The notes: a model not told the origin generated them from the letters alone. A stretch of 64,000 nt of DNA from SAR324 cluster bacterium (GCA_029245725.1 JAQWOT010000201.1:3059-67058); one strand, 5' to 3'; positions 1-11,262 are shown, counted from the stretch's first letter. A program made the numbers and translations.

Positions 1-258
1 GTTACAGAAATAGGTGGGTTGAAGGAGAAACTACTAGCTGCTCGTCGGGGCATGTTTTCAACGGTTGTAATCCCTGTGGAAAATGAGAAAGATCTGGCTG
101 AAATTCCAGCCGAAATTACAGACGGACTGCGAATTAGAGCGGTACATAACGTGAATGACGCCCTCAACATTGCCTTGGAACATCACCCAGCCTTACTTGA
201 GGTGCCAACCACTGCTGGAGAAGAGCTTCCAACAGATGGTACTGAAACGGTTGTCTGA
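1..258 (+). CDS. lon: Lon protease, C-terminal fragment (gene begins before the window)
   Basis: Frame 1 is open from base 1: VTEIGGLKEKLLAARRG...VIPVENEKDLAEIP, matching the Lon proteolytic domain with the catalytic Lys (IGGLKEK). Confidence 0.9.
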   Translation, partial: VTEIGGLKEKLLAARRGMFSTVVIPVENEKDLAEIPAEITDGLRIRAVHNVNDALNIALEHHPALLEVPTTAGEELPTDGTETVV

Positions 259-306
259 CCAGATCACAACGATATTTTTTCCAACAGCCCGCAATGACAT
301 TTTCCC

Positions 307-2250
307 ATGATTGAAGTTTTCCTGCCCGATGGTTCATCTTGTCAATTACCTGAAGGTGCCACAGGATTGGACCTAGCTAACAGCATCGGTCGCCGCTTAG
401 CACAAGATGCAGTGGCTGTTCGTATCAATGAACAGCTCAGTGATATTTGTCTAGAATTGCCCAATCAGGCACAGATCGAAATCGTAACACGAACTCAGCC
501 CGATGGCGTAGAGTTGCTGCGCCATGATGCGGCACATGTGATGGCCCAGGTCGTCAAAGAACTCTACCCAGAAACTCAGGTCACTATTGGTCCGGTGATT
601 GAGAATGGTTTCTATTATGATTTTGCCCGTGAAGAGTCCTTCACTCCTGATGATTTGGAGCGGATTGAAGGCCGGATGCGAGAGTTAGTGAAAGAAGATA
701 TCTCTATTCAAAGAGAAGTCTGGGAGCGGGATGTGGCGATCACTTTTTTTGAAGAGCAAGGAGAGATTTACAAGGCACAAATCATTCGTGATCTCCCAGA
801 AGATGAAGTGATCTCCCTCTATCGCCAGGGAGAGTTCATCGACTTATGCCGAGGGCCCCACTTACCTTCAACAGGCCGTTTGGGGCAGGGTTTTAAATTA
901 ATGAAACTAGCAGGAGCCTATTGGCGTGGGAAGTCTGAGAATGCAATGCTTCAGCGCATCTATGGCACCGCGTGGCCCAATGAAAAAGAACTCAATGGCT
1001 ATCTGCATCAACTGGAGGAAGCAGAGCGGCGAGATCATCGACGACTTGGTCGTGAGATGGGGTTGTTTCATTTCCAAGACGAGGCCCTAGGCTCCGTATT
1101 TTGGCATCCAAAGGGTTGGACGTTGTACAGAATTTGTGAGCAGTACATGCGTCAGCGCTTGGAAAAAGCAGGCTATGTAGAGGTCAAGACCCCGCAGTTG
1201 GTGGACCGATTGCTCTGGGAGAAATCAGGTCACTGGGAAAAATTTCGGGAGCATATGTTCATTGCCGAAGTGGATGAAGGTGGCAAGGGACATAGCGAAG
1301 ATCAACGCGCTTTGGCTCTCAAACCTATGAACTGTCCAGGGCATGTGCAGATCTTCCGCCAGGGAATCAAGAGCTACCGTGACCTGCCGTTACGTCTTGC
1401 CGAGTTTGGTTCTTGCCATCGTTATGAACCACATGGAGCGCTACACGGATTGATGCGCGTACGTGCTTTCACTCAGGATGATGCACACATCTTCTGTACA
1501 GAGAGCCAGATTGAGGGAGAAACCAAGGCTTTCATTGAGTTGCTCTCGACCATCTATCAGGACTTTGGCTTCGAAAGTTTCCGCGTAAAATTTTCAGACC
1601 GACCTGAGGTTCGTGCTGGTTCTGATGAGATTTGGGATCGTGCAGAATCAGCGCTGCTAGCGGCAACAAGAGCTGCTGGTCAGGATTACACTCTGAATCC
1701 AGGAGAAGGCGCCTTCTATGGGCCAAAACTAGAGTTCGTGTTGCGTGATGCAATTGGTCGTGATTGGCAATGTGGAACTCTGCAAGTGGATTTTGTTTTG
1801 CCAGAACGCCTTGATGCAAACTATGTCGCAGAAGATGGACAGCGCTACCGACCTGTGATGCTGCACCGTGCGATTCTTGGTTCCTTTGAGAGGTTTCTAG
1901 GTATTTTGGTTGAACAGTTTGCTGGACGCTTCCCATTGTGGCTGGCTCCGACACAGGCTGTCTTGGCAACGATCGTCACAGAAGCCAATGACTATGCACT
2001 GGATTTGCAAAACCAACTATTGGCTGCGGGCCTACGTGCTGAGGTTGATTTGCGCAATGAGAAAATTAGTTACAAAGTTCGGGAACACAGCCTACAGAAA
2101 GTGCCGGTACTACTAGCACTAGGAAGACGAGAGGCCGAAGAAGAAACTGTGACGGTTCGGCGACTAGGCTCTAAAGAACAACAGACGCTACTCTTCGAAG
2201 ATTTTTTAGTTCAATTGCAAGCGGAAGCGACACCGCCAACTTTGCGATGA
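307..2250 (+). CDS. thrS: Threonine--tRNA ligase
   Basis: TGS domain, editing motifs RHDAAH and [36 protein letters not shown]. Confidence 0.98.
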   Translation: MIEVFLPDGSSCQLPEGATGLDLANSIGRRLAQDAVAVRINEQLSDICLELPNQAQIEIVTRTQPDGVELLRHDAAHVMAQVVKELYPETQVTIGPVIENGFYYDFAREESFTPDDLERIEGRMRELVKEDISIQREVWERDVAITFFEEQGEIYKAQIIRDLPEDEVISLYRQGEFIDLCRGPHLPSTGRLGQGFKLMKLAGAYWRGKSENAMLQRIYGTAWPNEKELNGYLHQLEEAERRDHRRLGREMGLFHFQDEALGSVFWHPKGWTLYRICEQYMRQRLEKAGYVEVKTPQLVDRLLWEKSGHWEKFREHMFIAEVDEGGKGHSEDQRALALKPMNCPGHVQIFRQGIKSYRDLPLRLAEFGSCHRYEPHGALHGLMRVRAFTQDDAHIFCTESQIEGETKAFIELLSTIYQDFGFESFRVKFSDRPEVRAGSDEIWDRAESALLAATRAAGQDYTLNPGEGAFYGPKLEFVLRDAIGRDWQCGTLQVDFVLPERLDANYVAEDGQRYRPVMLHRAILGSFERFLGILVEQFAGRFPLWLAPTQAVLATIVTEANDYALDLQNQLLAAGLRAEVDLRNEKISYKVREHSLQKVPVLLALGRREAEEETVTVRRLGSKEQQTLLFEDFLVQLQAEATPPTLR

Positions 2251-2285
2251 AGCCAATTCCATACATGTGCTGAACATGAGGAAGT

Positions 2286-3638
2286 ATGCGAGAAGATACT
2301 GATTTTGATGATGATCTTCTGGATGAAGAAGGTGAAGGGTCAGGAGGGCCTGACGAGGATGCGATTCCGGAGAGTTTTGCCAAAGATCTAGCGACCCGAA
2401 TGGTCGTTCTCTTCGAGAAAGAGGTAGATCCGAAAGCGGCCGCTGTCACGGTCTCGGACTTCATTTACACCAGTACGAATACACTTAAGAAACTTCCCTA
2501 CTTCATTGATGCCCTTGAGATGCTGCTCGACAACGAGCAGACACAGCGTTTTGCAGCTCTCAGCTGGGTGGCTCTCGTCAATGAAAGTGTCAACACTGAG
2601 GACTACGTTGGCTACGTACAAGATATGCTCGACTACCTGTTGGAGTCTTTCTACAACATGGAGAAGTCAGACGTAGAGATTGGTGATCGCAAATTTTCGG
2701 GAACCAGTTATGTGATATGTGAGATTTTTTCCAAGATGTTCGACATGAACAAAAATCATGGCGACGTCTGTTCCGAAATCTTTACGCTTCTGATTCGCAA
2801 GGAAATGGTCATTGAAGCCCAGGAAGATGCGGAATATGAGGCTCGCAGTGGCCGTACAGGTTCTAAGAAGGCACGCAAGAAACGCCTGCGCCTTTATGAT
2901 GAGGTCATCAACTATCTACAGGCTAAGTCACAGTTCAAGCAAAACCAGATGAGTTCGGAGAACCCATTCGAATTCCTTGGAGTGCTGGTCGAGAAACTGA
3001 AGGCCACGAAGCGTTATGTCTCCCAGGAAATTCTCAATGCGCGCGCAGCCGAGAAAAAGAAGCAACTCGAGACAGAACTCCAGAATCGACTGGCTTCAGC
3101 AGAAGAGTTGGTGATGGGAGTTGATAGTTTCACAGACGGCCTCGGGTTCTTCGTTAAAGAGCGCAAATATAACTTCAAGTTTTTGGCTGTGGAAAGAGTG
3201 CGCCTTGCCCTTCAATTGACGGGTTCGATCATCGGTGCATGCTATTTCTTACTCGGATATGTGGGGATGTACGGGATTGATTGGGTGAACGGTACAGTGG
3301 TCTGTATCACGATGCTGCTGTTTTCTAGAATCATGACCTCTCGCAAGCGGTTTTCTGACTTCTATCCAAAAGATGTCAGTAAGGAGTTAGAGACCTGCTC
3401 AACAGGTTTCATTGATGTCTTTAAGCACATGTCCAGGGGTCAACTGGAACTCTTCCTGAGTAAGCAAATTCGTTTTGACCGAAACCAGGTCTATTTGAAG
3501 ATGCTGCCCGAATACGTCAAGTACCTTTATGCGATCATGCCGGATCGCAAGAGCATACTGATGGATGTCAAAGAATTGTCGGGCTTGGTCGAGAGTATTG
3601 AGATTGATGTGTCTAAGAAGTTGCGGGGCATGCTATGA
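2286..3638 (+). CDS. Hypothetical membrane protein with acidic N-terminus, coiled coil and two TM helices
   Basis: 450-aa ORF, RBS GAGGA upstream, ATGA overlap with asnS, hydrophobic pair near aa 305-350; no family recognised. Confidence 0.8.
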   Translation: MREDTDFDDDLLDEEGEGSGGPDEDAIPESFAKDLATRMVVLFEKEVDPKAAAVTVSDFIYTSTNTLKKLPYFIDALEMLLDNEQTQRFAALSWVALVNESVNTEDYVGYVQDMLDYLLESFYNMEKSDVEIGDRKFSGTSYVICEIFSKMFDMNKNHGDVCSEIFTLLIRKEMVIEAQEDAEYEARSGRTGSKKARKKRLRLYDEVINYLQAKSQFKQNQMSSENPFEFLGVLVEKLKATKRYVSQEILNARAAEKKKQLETELQNRLASAEELVMGVDSFTDGLGFFVKERKYNFKFLAVERVRLALQLTGSIIGACYFLLGYVGMYGIDWVNGTVVCITMLLFSRIMTSRKRFSDFYPKDVSKELETCSTGFIDVFKHMSRGQLELFLSKQIRFDRNQVYLKMLPEYVKYLYAIMPDRKSILMDVKELSGLVESIEIDVSKKLRGML

Positions 3639-5026
3639 GTCAACGGACTCGTCTGGCAGCACTGTCTTCGGCTTTGGTTGGTCAGGAGATTTGTCTACGA
3701 GGTTGGCTACGAACAGTACGAAATTCAAAGAAATTTTCTTTCCTCAATTTGAATGATGGCTCAACACAGTCAGGAATCCAAATCATCGCTGATGCAGAGT
3801 TGCCCGATTATGAAGAGATCACCAAATTAACAACTGGCTCAGCGGTTGAAGTGATTGGTCAACTGGTTGAATCTCCTGGCAAGGGACAAGCCTTTGAAGT
3901 TCAAGCTCAGCAGATCCGAATTTACGGGAGGTCACCAGGAGAGGACTACCCACTTCAAAAAAAAGGTCACACCCTCGAATTCCTGCGTGAAATCGCCCAC
4001 CTCCGACCACGAACCAATACTTTTGGTGCTGTCTTCAGAATTAGGAATACACTCGCTGATGCAGTCCATCGTTTCTTTCAGGAACGTGGATTTCTTTACA
4101 TTCACACACCAATCATCACTGCCAGCGATACAGAGGGGGCAGGGGCATTGTTTCAAGTTACGACTCTGTCACTAGATCAACGACTACACCTAACTGCTCA
4201 GGGCAAGCCCGGCTACAGCGCTGACTTCTTTGGTCGTCCTGTATTCTTAACAGTGTCAGGCCAGTTGAATATAGAAGCATTTGCGTGTTCGTTTGGTGAT
4301 GTCTACACCTTTGGGCCAACGTTTCGCGCAGAAAATTCCAACACATCCCGGCACCTCGCTGAGTTTTGGATGATTGAGCCAGAGGTGGCTTTCTGTGAAT
4401 TGTTGGATCTGGTTCAACTAGCTACTGACTTTCTGAAATTCTTGCTCAGCAGCTGCCTTGAACGCCACTCAGAAGACTTGGCGTTCCTGCAGAAAATGTA
4501 TGATCCAGAGCTTTGCGCAACGTTGGAGCACATTGTTTCATCCGAATTCCAGACCGTGTCTTATACGGAAGCGGTTGATATCCTCCAGCAATCAGAACAG
4601 CCCTTCGAGTTTCCAGTAGAATGGGGTGCAGACCTACAGTCAGAACATGAACGTTATCTGACAGAGCAGCACTATGGCTGCCCAGTCGTTTTGATAGACT
4701 ACCCACGTGACATCAAAGCATTCTATATGAAGCAGAATCCAGATGATCGCACAGTGGCAGCAATGGATGTCTTGTTTCCAAGAATTGGGGAGATCATCGG
4801 AGGTTCCCAGCGTGAAGACAACCTCGAACAACTACAAAAGCGTCTTCGTGAGCTAGATTTGCCAGAGGAAGAATATGGTTGGTACCTAGATCTGCGTCGC
4901 TACGGTTCTGTGCCTCACTCCGGTTTTGGCCTTGGCTTTGAGCGAATTGTTCAATTCGTTACAGGCATGAAGAACATCCGTGACGTGATCCCCTTCCCAC
5001 GAGTGCCCGGCCATGCCGATTTCTAG
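3635..5026 (+). CDS. asnS: Asparagine--tRNA ligase
   Basis: OB fold (GWLRTVR, LNDGS), [43 protein letters not shown]. Confidence 0.97.
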   Translation: MSQRTRLAALSSALVGQEICLRGWLRTVRNSKKFSFLNLNDGSTQSGIQIIADAELPDYEEITKLTTGSAVEVIGQLVESPGKGQAFEVQAQQIRIYGRSPGEDYPLQKKGHTLEFLREIAHLRPRTNTFGAVFRIRNTLADAVHRFFQERGFLYIHTPIITASDTEGAGALFQVTTLSLDQRLHLTAQGKPGYSADFFGRPVFLTVSGQLNIEAFACSFGDVYTFGPTFRAENSNTSRHLAEFWMIEPEVAFCELLDLVQLATDFLKFLLSSCLERHSEDLAFLQKMYDPELCATLEHIVSSEFQTVSYTEAVDILQQSEQPFEFPVEWGADLQSEHERYLTEQHYGCPVVLIDYPRDIKAFYMKQNPDDRTVAAMDVLFPRIGEIIGGSQREDNLEQLQKRLRELDLPEEEYGWYLDLRRYGSVPHSGFGLGFERIVQFVTGMKNIRDVIPFPRVPGHADF

Positions 5027-5032
5027 GACTTG

Positions 5033-6217
5033 ATGCGGATCCTGATCACCAGCAACGTTCGCTGGTGGAATGCGGAGGCTGCCTATGCAGCTACTCTCGC
5101 AAGAGAATTACTGAATGCTGGGCATAAAGTTTGGGTGCTGACCCTCCCCAATTCTCTGAATGAGACTAAGCTGCGTAATTGGAACCTGCCAATCATTACG
5201 GACATCCCACTTAGTTCTTCAAATCCTTGGCAACTTTGGCGGGCTTACCAACGGCTGCAATCCCTGATTGAGGAACAGCAAATTCAGATTGTCAATGCCC
5301 ACCGATCCGAGGGATTCCCCCTGCTCGTGTTGCTTCGGCAACGGCTGAAAAGTTTTGTGTTAATCCGTACTCGCGGTACAATTCGACCACTTCGTGATCA
5401 TTGGCTAAATCGTAAGTTACATGAGGATTGGATTGAGTCCGTGATTGTACCTGCGCAGGTGATCGCTTCCCAACTTCGCCAGGTCCTCAATCTTCCATCA
5501 GAGCGTCTGCAGGTCATCTACTATCCTGTTAACCCAAGTTCGATTGACTCACAGGGAGAAAGTGAGGCTCAACAATCTCGATTAGAGTGTCTTGATCGAT
5601 TGGGTATCCCAAGGCATTGTCGAGTCATTGGTATTGTTGGACGTATTCGGCCAGTCAAGGGGCAAAGGATTCTTTTAAAAAGTTTTGCCGCACTAAGAAA
5701 GCGTTTTCCAGACATAGTGCTGCTGATGCTCTATCGAGATACGAATGAGACAGAAGCAGAATGGCAAGGGCTTTTGCAAGATTTGGCTGAATCGAATCTC
5801 AAGCAGAATGTCTACTTGTATGGTTATCGCGAGGATGTTCTGGAAATTATGCGTCACACTGATATTGGCGTGGTTAGTTCTGTCGATTCTGAAGTGATTT
5901 GTCGTGTGGCTGTTGAATTTTTTTCTGTGGGGACGCCTGTGGTTGCTTTTCCTACCGGAGCTCTACCTGAGATCATTCAGGATGGTGTCACAGGCCGGAT
6001 CACAAAAGACAAGAGTGCAGAAGCCCTGGCCGAAATTCTGGAGTGGATGCTGGAAAGTCCGGAACGCATTGCAGAGTTCGGTAAGAATGCCCGTCAGCAG
6101 TCTTTGGAATGTTTTGATCCGAATAAATTGCTAGAGCAGACATTGTCAGTTTATGAGCAAAGCTGGCAACACTTACGGTCCCAACTGGTAACAGGAGAGG
6201 CAAATGTTCGGCCGTAA
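5033..6217 (+). CDS. Glycosyltransferase family 4 (GT-B fold)
   Basis: VGRIRPVKG, SEVICRVAVEFFSVGTPVV, GALPEII. Confidence 0.88.
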   Translation: MRILITSNVRWWNAEAAYAATLARELLNAGHKVWVLTLPNSLNETKLRNWNLPIITDIPLSSSNPWQLWRAYQRLQSLIEEQQIQIVNAHRSEGFPLLVLLRQRLKSFVLIRTRGTIRPLRDHWLNRKLHEDWIESVIVPAQVIASQLRQVLNLPSERLQVIYYPVNPSSIDSQGESEAQQSRLECLDRLGIPRHCRVIGIVGRIRPVKGQRILLKSFAALRKRFPDIVLLMLYRDTNETEAEWQGLLQDLAESNLKQNVYLYGYREDVLEIMRHTDIGVVSSVDSEVICRVAVEFFSVGTPVVAFPTGALPEIIQDGVTGRITKDKSAEALAEILEWMLESPERIAEFGKNARQQSLECFDPNKLLEQTLSVYEQSWQHLRSQLVTGEANVRP

Positions 6218-6473
6218 ATCCACAGAACGTGGTTTCCCAAAGCATGAGGAAATTGTTCTGCACAAGGTCATAGAACAAGTGGAGAAGGTGCTGCGTCAGA
6301 TGCAAACGGAGGGAAAAGACCTGACTCGGGTACGTATCAAACGATTCCAAAAGACACATCATGTAAACTGCCGCTGTCAGCAATGCAAGTTGGCAGAGGA
6401 AAAAAAAGATCCACGTTTGCGAGGACTATTGGAAGATGGTTTTAAAGTCTATCTTGATAAGACGCGCGAGTGA
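6204..6473 (+). CDS. Small hypothetical protein with HHxNCxCxxC motif
   Basis: 89 aa, RBS GGAGAGG, overlaps both neighbouring genes. Confidence 0.7.
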   Translation: MFGRKSTERGFPKHEEIVLHKVIEQVEKVLRQMQTEGKDLTRVRIKRFQKTHHVNCRCQQCKLAEEKKDPRLRGLLEDGFKVYLDKTRE

Positions 6474-7354
6474 CTAGTCTGGAGAACTATCAGGAAGGCG
6501 TATTCAGCGTGGCAGAGGAACTGGCGGATCTCTGGACAGGCTTTTGCTTTGAACAGGGTGTAGCTGGCTGCGAAATTCTTCAAGAAGCTGATGGTGAACA
6601 AAGACTGAAATGCTACCTGACCGAACCACAAGCACTTGATGAGTGGATTTCTCGTTTTCGTAACGAGTATCCAAAAGCAGTTGGAAAACTAGAGTTAGTA
6701 GAGTATCGACTCTGCCCGAATGAAAATTGGCGTTTGGGTTGGCATGATCATTTTCAGCCTGTAGAAATCGGTCGAACTCTATTGATTGCACCTGTCTGGT
6801 ACGAAAAGGACCTGCCTGAGAATCGTCAGGTAATTTGGCTGGAGCCAGGACAGGCGTTTGGAACAGGAACCCACGTCTCTACTCGCTTGGCACTGGAGAT
6901 GCTCGAACTGGTTATTTTGCAGGAAGCTCAGGTGCCGACCAGTCTTATCGATGTGGGTACAGGGTCGGGCATTCTTGGCTTGGCTGCGACTCGTCTCGGA
7001 ATTTCAAAAATTATAGCTTGTGACAATGATCCGGTAGTCCTGCCAGAGGCTCTTCACAATTTTGAACTGAATCAGCGGGGTCAACATTTTTGGGGCGTTG
7101 TTGGTACGGCCAACATTATTAACAAACCGGCGCCACTGGTAATCAGCAATATGTTGTTAGAGGAACTAAAATCTGTGGTGGTAGATTTGGCAAGATTGAC
7201 AGCAGCTGGTGGAACCCTGATTTGTAGTGGTCTTCTGACAGAGCAGGAAGAACCACTTGCAACCGCCTTAGCGAAATATGGCCTGCGCATTTGTGCTTCG
7301 ACAGAGGCAGAAGGTTGGAGTGCCTTTGCTTACCGGGAAGCGGGCAAGTTCTAA
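6470..7354 (+). CDS. prmA: Ribosomal protein L11 methyltransferase
   Basis: LEPGQAFGTGTHVSTRL, DVGTGSGIL, CDND, SGLL. Confidence 0.93.
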   Translation: MTSLENYQEGVFSVAEELADLWTGFCFEQGVAGCEILQEADGEQRLKCYLTEPQALDEWISRFRNEYPKAVGKLELVEYRLCPNENWRLGWHDHFQPVEIGRTLLIAPVWYEKDLPENRQVIWLEPGQAFGTGTHVSTRLALEMLELVILQEAQVPTSLIDVGTGSGILGLAATRLGISKIIACDNDPVVLPEALHNFELNQRGQHFWGVVGTANIINKPAPLVISNMLLEELKSVVVDLARLTAAGGTLICSGLLTEQEEPLATALAKYGLRICASTEAEGWSAFAYREAGKF

Positions 7355-7485
7355 GGTTACACAGCTTTTTCTTTGCGTCTCCCCAAAGATGGGGTTACTC
7401 TTGCTCAACTTGAAAAATTGTTGGTTGCTGTGAGCTTTGCTGCTCATGGATGCTTATTCTGTAATCACGAAAGGAGAGAAATCCC

Positions 7486-9006
7486 ATGGAATTGCCTAAC
7501 ACTGAAGCTATGTCCATTGAGGAGAAAATTTGGTTTGCACGGGCTATTGCCGGCATGATTGTGGCCGATGGTCGAGTGGATGACTCAGAGCTCGAATTTC
7601 TTAAAGAGGCCATTTCTTTTCTGGAAGATCGTGATCAGGTGAATGGCATCATGGCTGTTGTGCGCCAAGGCAAGACACCATCGCTGGAAGCACGAAAGAT
7701 TGATCCTAAGCAATCATTTATTATTCTCAAGTATCTTGCGGAGTTGATGGTTGTAGATGGGAAAATGTCGGAGACGGAAATCACCTTTTTCGTCTATGCG
7801 GGTGGTCTGTTGGGCTTCACCAGCAATATCCTTACGAAGCTATGGAAGACAGCACGGTCAATGCTGGAAGCAACCAAACCATTGGCAAAAATCTCTGCTG
7901 GTAAGAATGCCTCTCTAGTGCGACTCACTTCGCTCTCGGAATCCCGTTGTACTTTCCGGAACCCTCGGGCGATGGTTCCCAACATGCCGGTTTATATCCA
8001 GATTTCCAAGTCGGGTTCAGAGGAAGAATTCTACGATCGTGTTGAAGGCAGGGTGACTGGACAGCGCCAGGAAAAGTGGGATGAGAAGAGTGTCTCGATT
8101 CGCGTAGACATCGTCCAGAGACTGGGGGACCAACACGGTATTCTTCAGATCCTCTTCCCAGATCGTTACGAGGTCTCAACAGTTAATGATCGGCTCACAC
8201 CGAAGAAATCCTCGTTGACTGGGCGTATCGTCAATTGTTTTGCTTGCGGCAATGATAAGGTTCATTTTTGGTCTTTGCGCGCCAGGAGCATGATTACCAA
8301 ACAGAATATTTTTGGGATTCCAAAGTACCTAAGTCCTTCCGGATCTATGGACTTCTGCGATTTTAATCTGCTGGATGTGACGAGTTGTACCAGCTGTGGA
8401 TTCTCTACCAATGTTTTGGAGCATTTCCGCTCACAGTCTAACCGGGACGCTCCCTTCAACGTAGAGCAGTTCCAGGAAGGATGGGAAGAGCGAATGCAGA
8501 GCTTGCTAGAAAAAATAAAAGATCCAGCAGCATTCATGAGTGAAGAACGAGATCTTGAGATGGCATTGCTCAGCTACGATTTAGCGATGGAGACCCATAA
8601 ACGATTGTCGGAGGTTGCAGACACACCGTATGCCAACGTGCGTAAAATGGCCTCACTGAATATGGTGAAAGCTGAAATGCTCTCGGAGGCAGGTCGAATC
8701 GATGAAGCCAAGGCAGCACTGAAGGAAATCATTGAATGGCTCGAACCAATTTTTGAACAACTTGATAAGGTCGAGATCATCAAGGCTTGTTTACTGCTCT
8801 TTAGGCTCAAAGTGTATTTCAAAGACTTCCAGGGGGCTGGAGGGCTGATGAAGTTTATGGATAACTATGACACCGAAGGAAAATTGGATCAGGAATCTGA
8901 AGAGTTTAAGGTGCTTTCTGTATCGCAGCAGGCGTTAAAAAAGTGCTATGACGATCGTGAAGAGTACTCCGAAGAAAAACTGAAAACCTTCCATTTGCCT
9001 GAGTAA
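7486..9006 (+). CDS. TerB-like + PilZ-like beta domain + DUF2225-like (two CxxC, helical/TPR-like) fusion protein
   Basis: ADGRVDDSE and VDGKMSETE TerB motifs; beta-rich middle; CFAC...CTSCGFS followed by helical repeats; RBS AAGGAG. Confidence 0.75.
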   Translation: MELPNTEAMSIEEKIWFARAIAGMIVADGRVDDSELEFLKEAISFLEDRDQVNGIMAVVRQGKTPSLEARKIDPKQSFIILKYLAELMVVDGKMSETEITFFVYAGGLLGFTSNILTKLWKTARSMLEATKPLAKISAGKNASLVRLTSLSESRCTFRNPRAMVPNMPVYIQISKSGSEEEFYDRVEGRVTGQRQEKWDEKSVSIRVDIVQRLGDQHGILQILFPDRYEVSTVNDRLTPKKSSLTGRIVNCFACGNDKVHFWSLRARSMITKQNIFGIPKYLSPSGSMDFCDFNLLDVTSCTSCGFSTNVLEHFRSQSNRDAPFNVEQFQEGWEERMQSLLEKIKDPAAFMSEERDLEMALLSYDLAMETHKRLSEVADTPYANVRKMASLNMVKAEMLSEAGRIDEAKAALKEIIEWLEPIFEQLDKVEIIKACLLLFRLKVYFKDFQGAGGLMKFMDNYDTEGKLDQESEEFKVLSVSQQALKKCYDDREEYSEEKLKTFHLPE

Positions 9007-9037
9007 GTCCTACCTACGAAGACATTTCTCTTCCTAC

Positions 9038-9721
9038 ATGTATTTCTTCCAAAAGCTTCGCCTTCTGCTTTTGCTAGTGGGAGGCCTAGGCTTTTTCCTG
9101 CTGCCTATCCAACCAGTTTGTGCTCAAGTCTTTGAAGATGCCTGGGGGCTATTGCTGTTCAAGGGACAGACAGCTCAAAGTAACTTAGATGACATCGGTT
9201 TGATCAACTATACGGATTCACACGATCCTTCCAAAGCTCTGGATTTGGCGTACCCAAACACAGATGAGCTAGTTTATGGAGTGGAAGTCGCACGTCGAAT
9301 ATCAAGGAAGCTTTGGTGGTTCCATTATTTGGAACCTTACGTTACGGAATTGGAAGCTGCCCTGAGCATCAACTATCGAGAAAGCCAAACGAAAGTGATC
9401 AACGAGATTGGCCCCTCTGTAATATTCCGATGGAAGAACTTTCGATGGGATCGCTATGTGAAGACCACAATTGGCTTTGCTGAAGGAGTTTCTTACGCTT
9501 CCAAGATTCCAGATCAAGAGCGAACCGAAGGCAGGCCCTCCAAACACTTTATGAATTTGCTGACGCTAGATATCACTTTAGCTCCGCCGCAACTTCCAGA
9601 AGCTGAATTGTCTTTCCGGATTCATCATCGTTCTGCCGGGTATGGCCTTTATGGTGTGCGCAACACCAGCTCTAACATACTTGGGGTAGGTCTACGCTAT
9701 CGTTGGGGAGTAGCTTTGTGA
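9038..9721 (+). CDS. Outer-membrane beta-barrel protein, PagL/acyloxyacyl hydrolase-like
   Basis: Signal peptide ending VCA, amphipathic strands, RIHHRS motif, SN..GVGLRYRW near the C-terminus. Confidence 0.6.
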   Translation: MYFFQKLRLLLLLVGGLGFFLLPIQPVCAQVFEDAWGLLLFKGQTAQSNLDDIGLINYTDSHDPSKALDLAYPNTDELVYGVEVARRISRKLWWFHYLEPYVTELEAALSINYRESQTKVINEIGPSVIFRWKNFRWDRYVKTTIGFAEGVSYASKIPDQERTEGRPSKHFMNLLTLDITLAPPQLPEAELSFRIHHRSAGYGLYGVRNTSSNILGVGLRYRWGVAL

Positions 9722-9855
9722 GCAAAGCTTTGGAAAGAGAGGCCTAGTTAGTCGTTAGTGTGGTCTGCTAGCAGATTTGTTAAAATGATTTGGTAGCAGC
9801 CTATTCTTTTTGATTAAATATATGAAATTCAAAAAGTAGAGAGATGAGTCGGTAT

Positions 9856-11018
9856 TTAGAAAGTCTGTCTTGGCAGAATTGAAGAAGTAGTGGCATATCG
9901 GTGATAGTAGGGGACCATGGCTGTACGAGTGCATGAACATCACTCCGATTTTCTCCCTCCAGCAACTTGGGGAGATTCTGACCCAGATCTAGTTGGTGTT
10001 CTTGTTCCAGTATGACCTCCATCCGCTGAATAAAATATTGCATGAGTTCACGAGGCAGCCGACTGGTGAGTACCACTGCTTCAGTATCCAACAGACTGTG
10101 GATATTGATAACAGCCAAAGAGAGAGCTTGTGCTGCCTGTTCGACCCACTGATCAAAAATTTGACGCTGTTCACTACTGTCTTCACTAAGTTGAGTAATT
10201 TTTGATTTTTCGATTCCGGCTTTGCTTAGTTTGTTGAGCAGTAGAAATAAGGAGGCATGCTCTAACAGCAAGCTACTCTGGCCTGGAGAACCAATCTGCA
10301 TCAGAGCTAAGTCTCCTGCGTTGCTGTTGGTTCCTCGTAGGATGTCTCCATCACAAACAACCCTTCCCCCAATCACTACATCTAAGAACAGGTAGACGAA
10401 ATTATTCACTCGTTTGCCAACCCCAAAAAGCATCTCTGCTATCGCAGCGGCTGTTCTATCATTTTCCATGAATACATCGCAGCCAAAGCTCTGTTCCAGC
10501 GCATCAACAACATCAAAGCCTGCCCAAGCAGCGAGACGGTCTGATGTTTCCTGGTCCAGCCCTAACTCATTGTGCCATGCTTCCAACCGAAACGGTACTG
10601 CCACTCCAATACCTGCCAGTCGAAGAGCGCTTCCTGGATTGTTTGAAAACAATTGGTTGCTTTGCTGGAGAATGAGTTCCATCTCAGCCTCAGGTTGTGA
10701 GAGATCTTGCTGTAGAAAAACACGATCAATCACGACTCACGTGAAATCGACTAATACAATGGTGATATCCTTACGTCCTAACTTGATCCCCAGAGAGTAA
10801 GCGCCTTAAGAATTAAGTTGGATCTGGGTTGCGGGTTTGCCAATGGACCCATAGCGTTTGTGGGTTTCTACAACCAGTTCGTCCTTCAATAGTTTATTCA
10901 TGAGCACGGATGCAGTTTGTGCGCTCAAACCGGTCATCCTTGAGATTTCTGCGCGGGACAGTTCTCCGTGGTGTCGCAAGCACTGTAGAACCAATCTTGC
11001 GTTTTGCGAATATTCCAT
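9856..11018 (-). pseudogene. ROK-family transcriptional regulator, disrupted
   Basis: HTH (LSRAEISRMTGLS) and ROK domain (MEND, NAGDL) in one frame, interrupted by TAA (10806-10808) and TGA (10737-10739); probable 1-nt frameshift near 9926. Confidence 0.85.
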
Positions 11019-11049
11019 GGGGGCTTTAATTGTTAGAAAAAATGGCTGG

Positions 11050-11095
11050 TGTCAAAGGATTTGCCAGAGAAGTTGACAAAGTCAATCTTTTGACA
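11050..11095. promoter_or_regulatory. Nested inverted repeats upstream of the ROK gene (putative operator/promoter)
   Basis: TTGAC-AAA-GTCAA at 11073-11085, flanked by TGTCAAAGGA (11050) and TCTTTTGACA (11086-11095). Confidence 0.35.
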
Positions 11096-11262
11096 AATTG
11101 ATGCGCTATATTGAGAAGTTGCTTAGGTATTGCCGAAGAACAAGATGATCTGCTTGAAGGGAGTCAGCCAGGGCAGGGTTTTCACGATATTGTTGTGCTC
11201 AGACAGACGTATGTGAAATCTGTGAATGTAGCGAATAGGTTGTTTGACAGGGTTTGTTTTGT

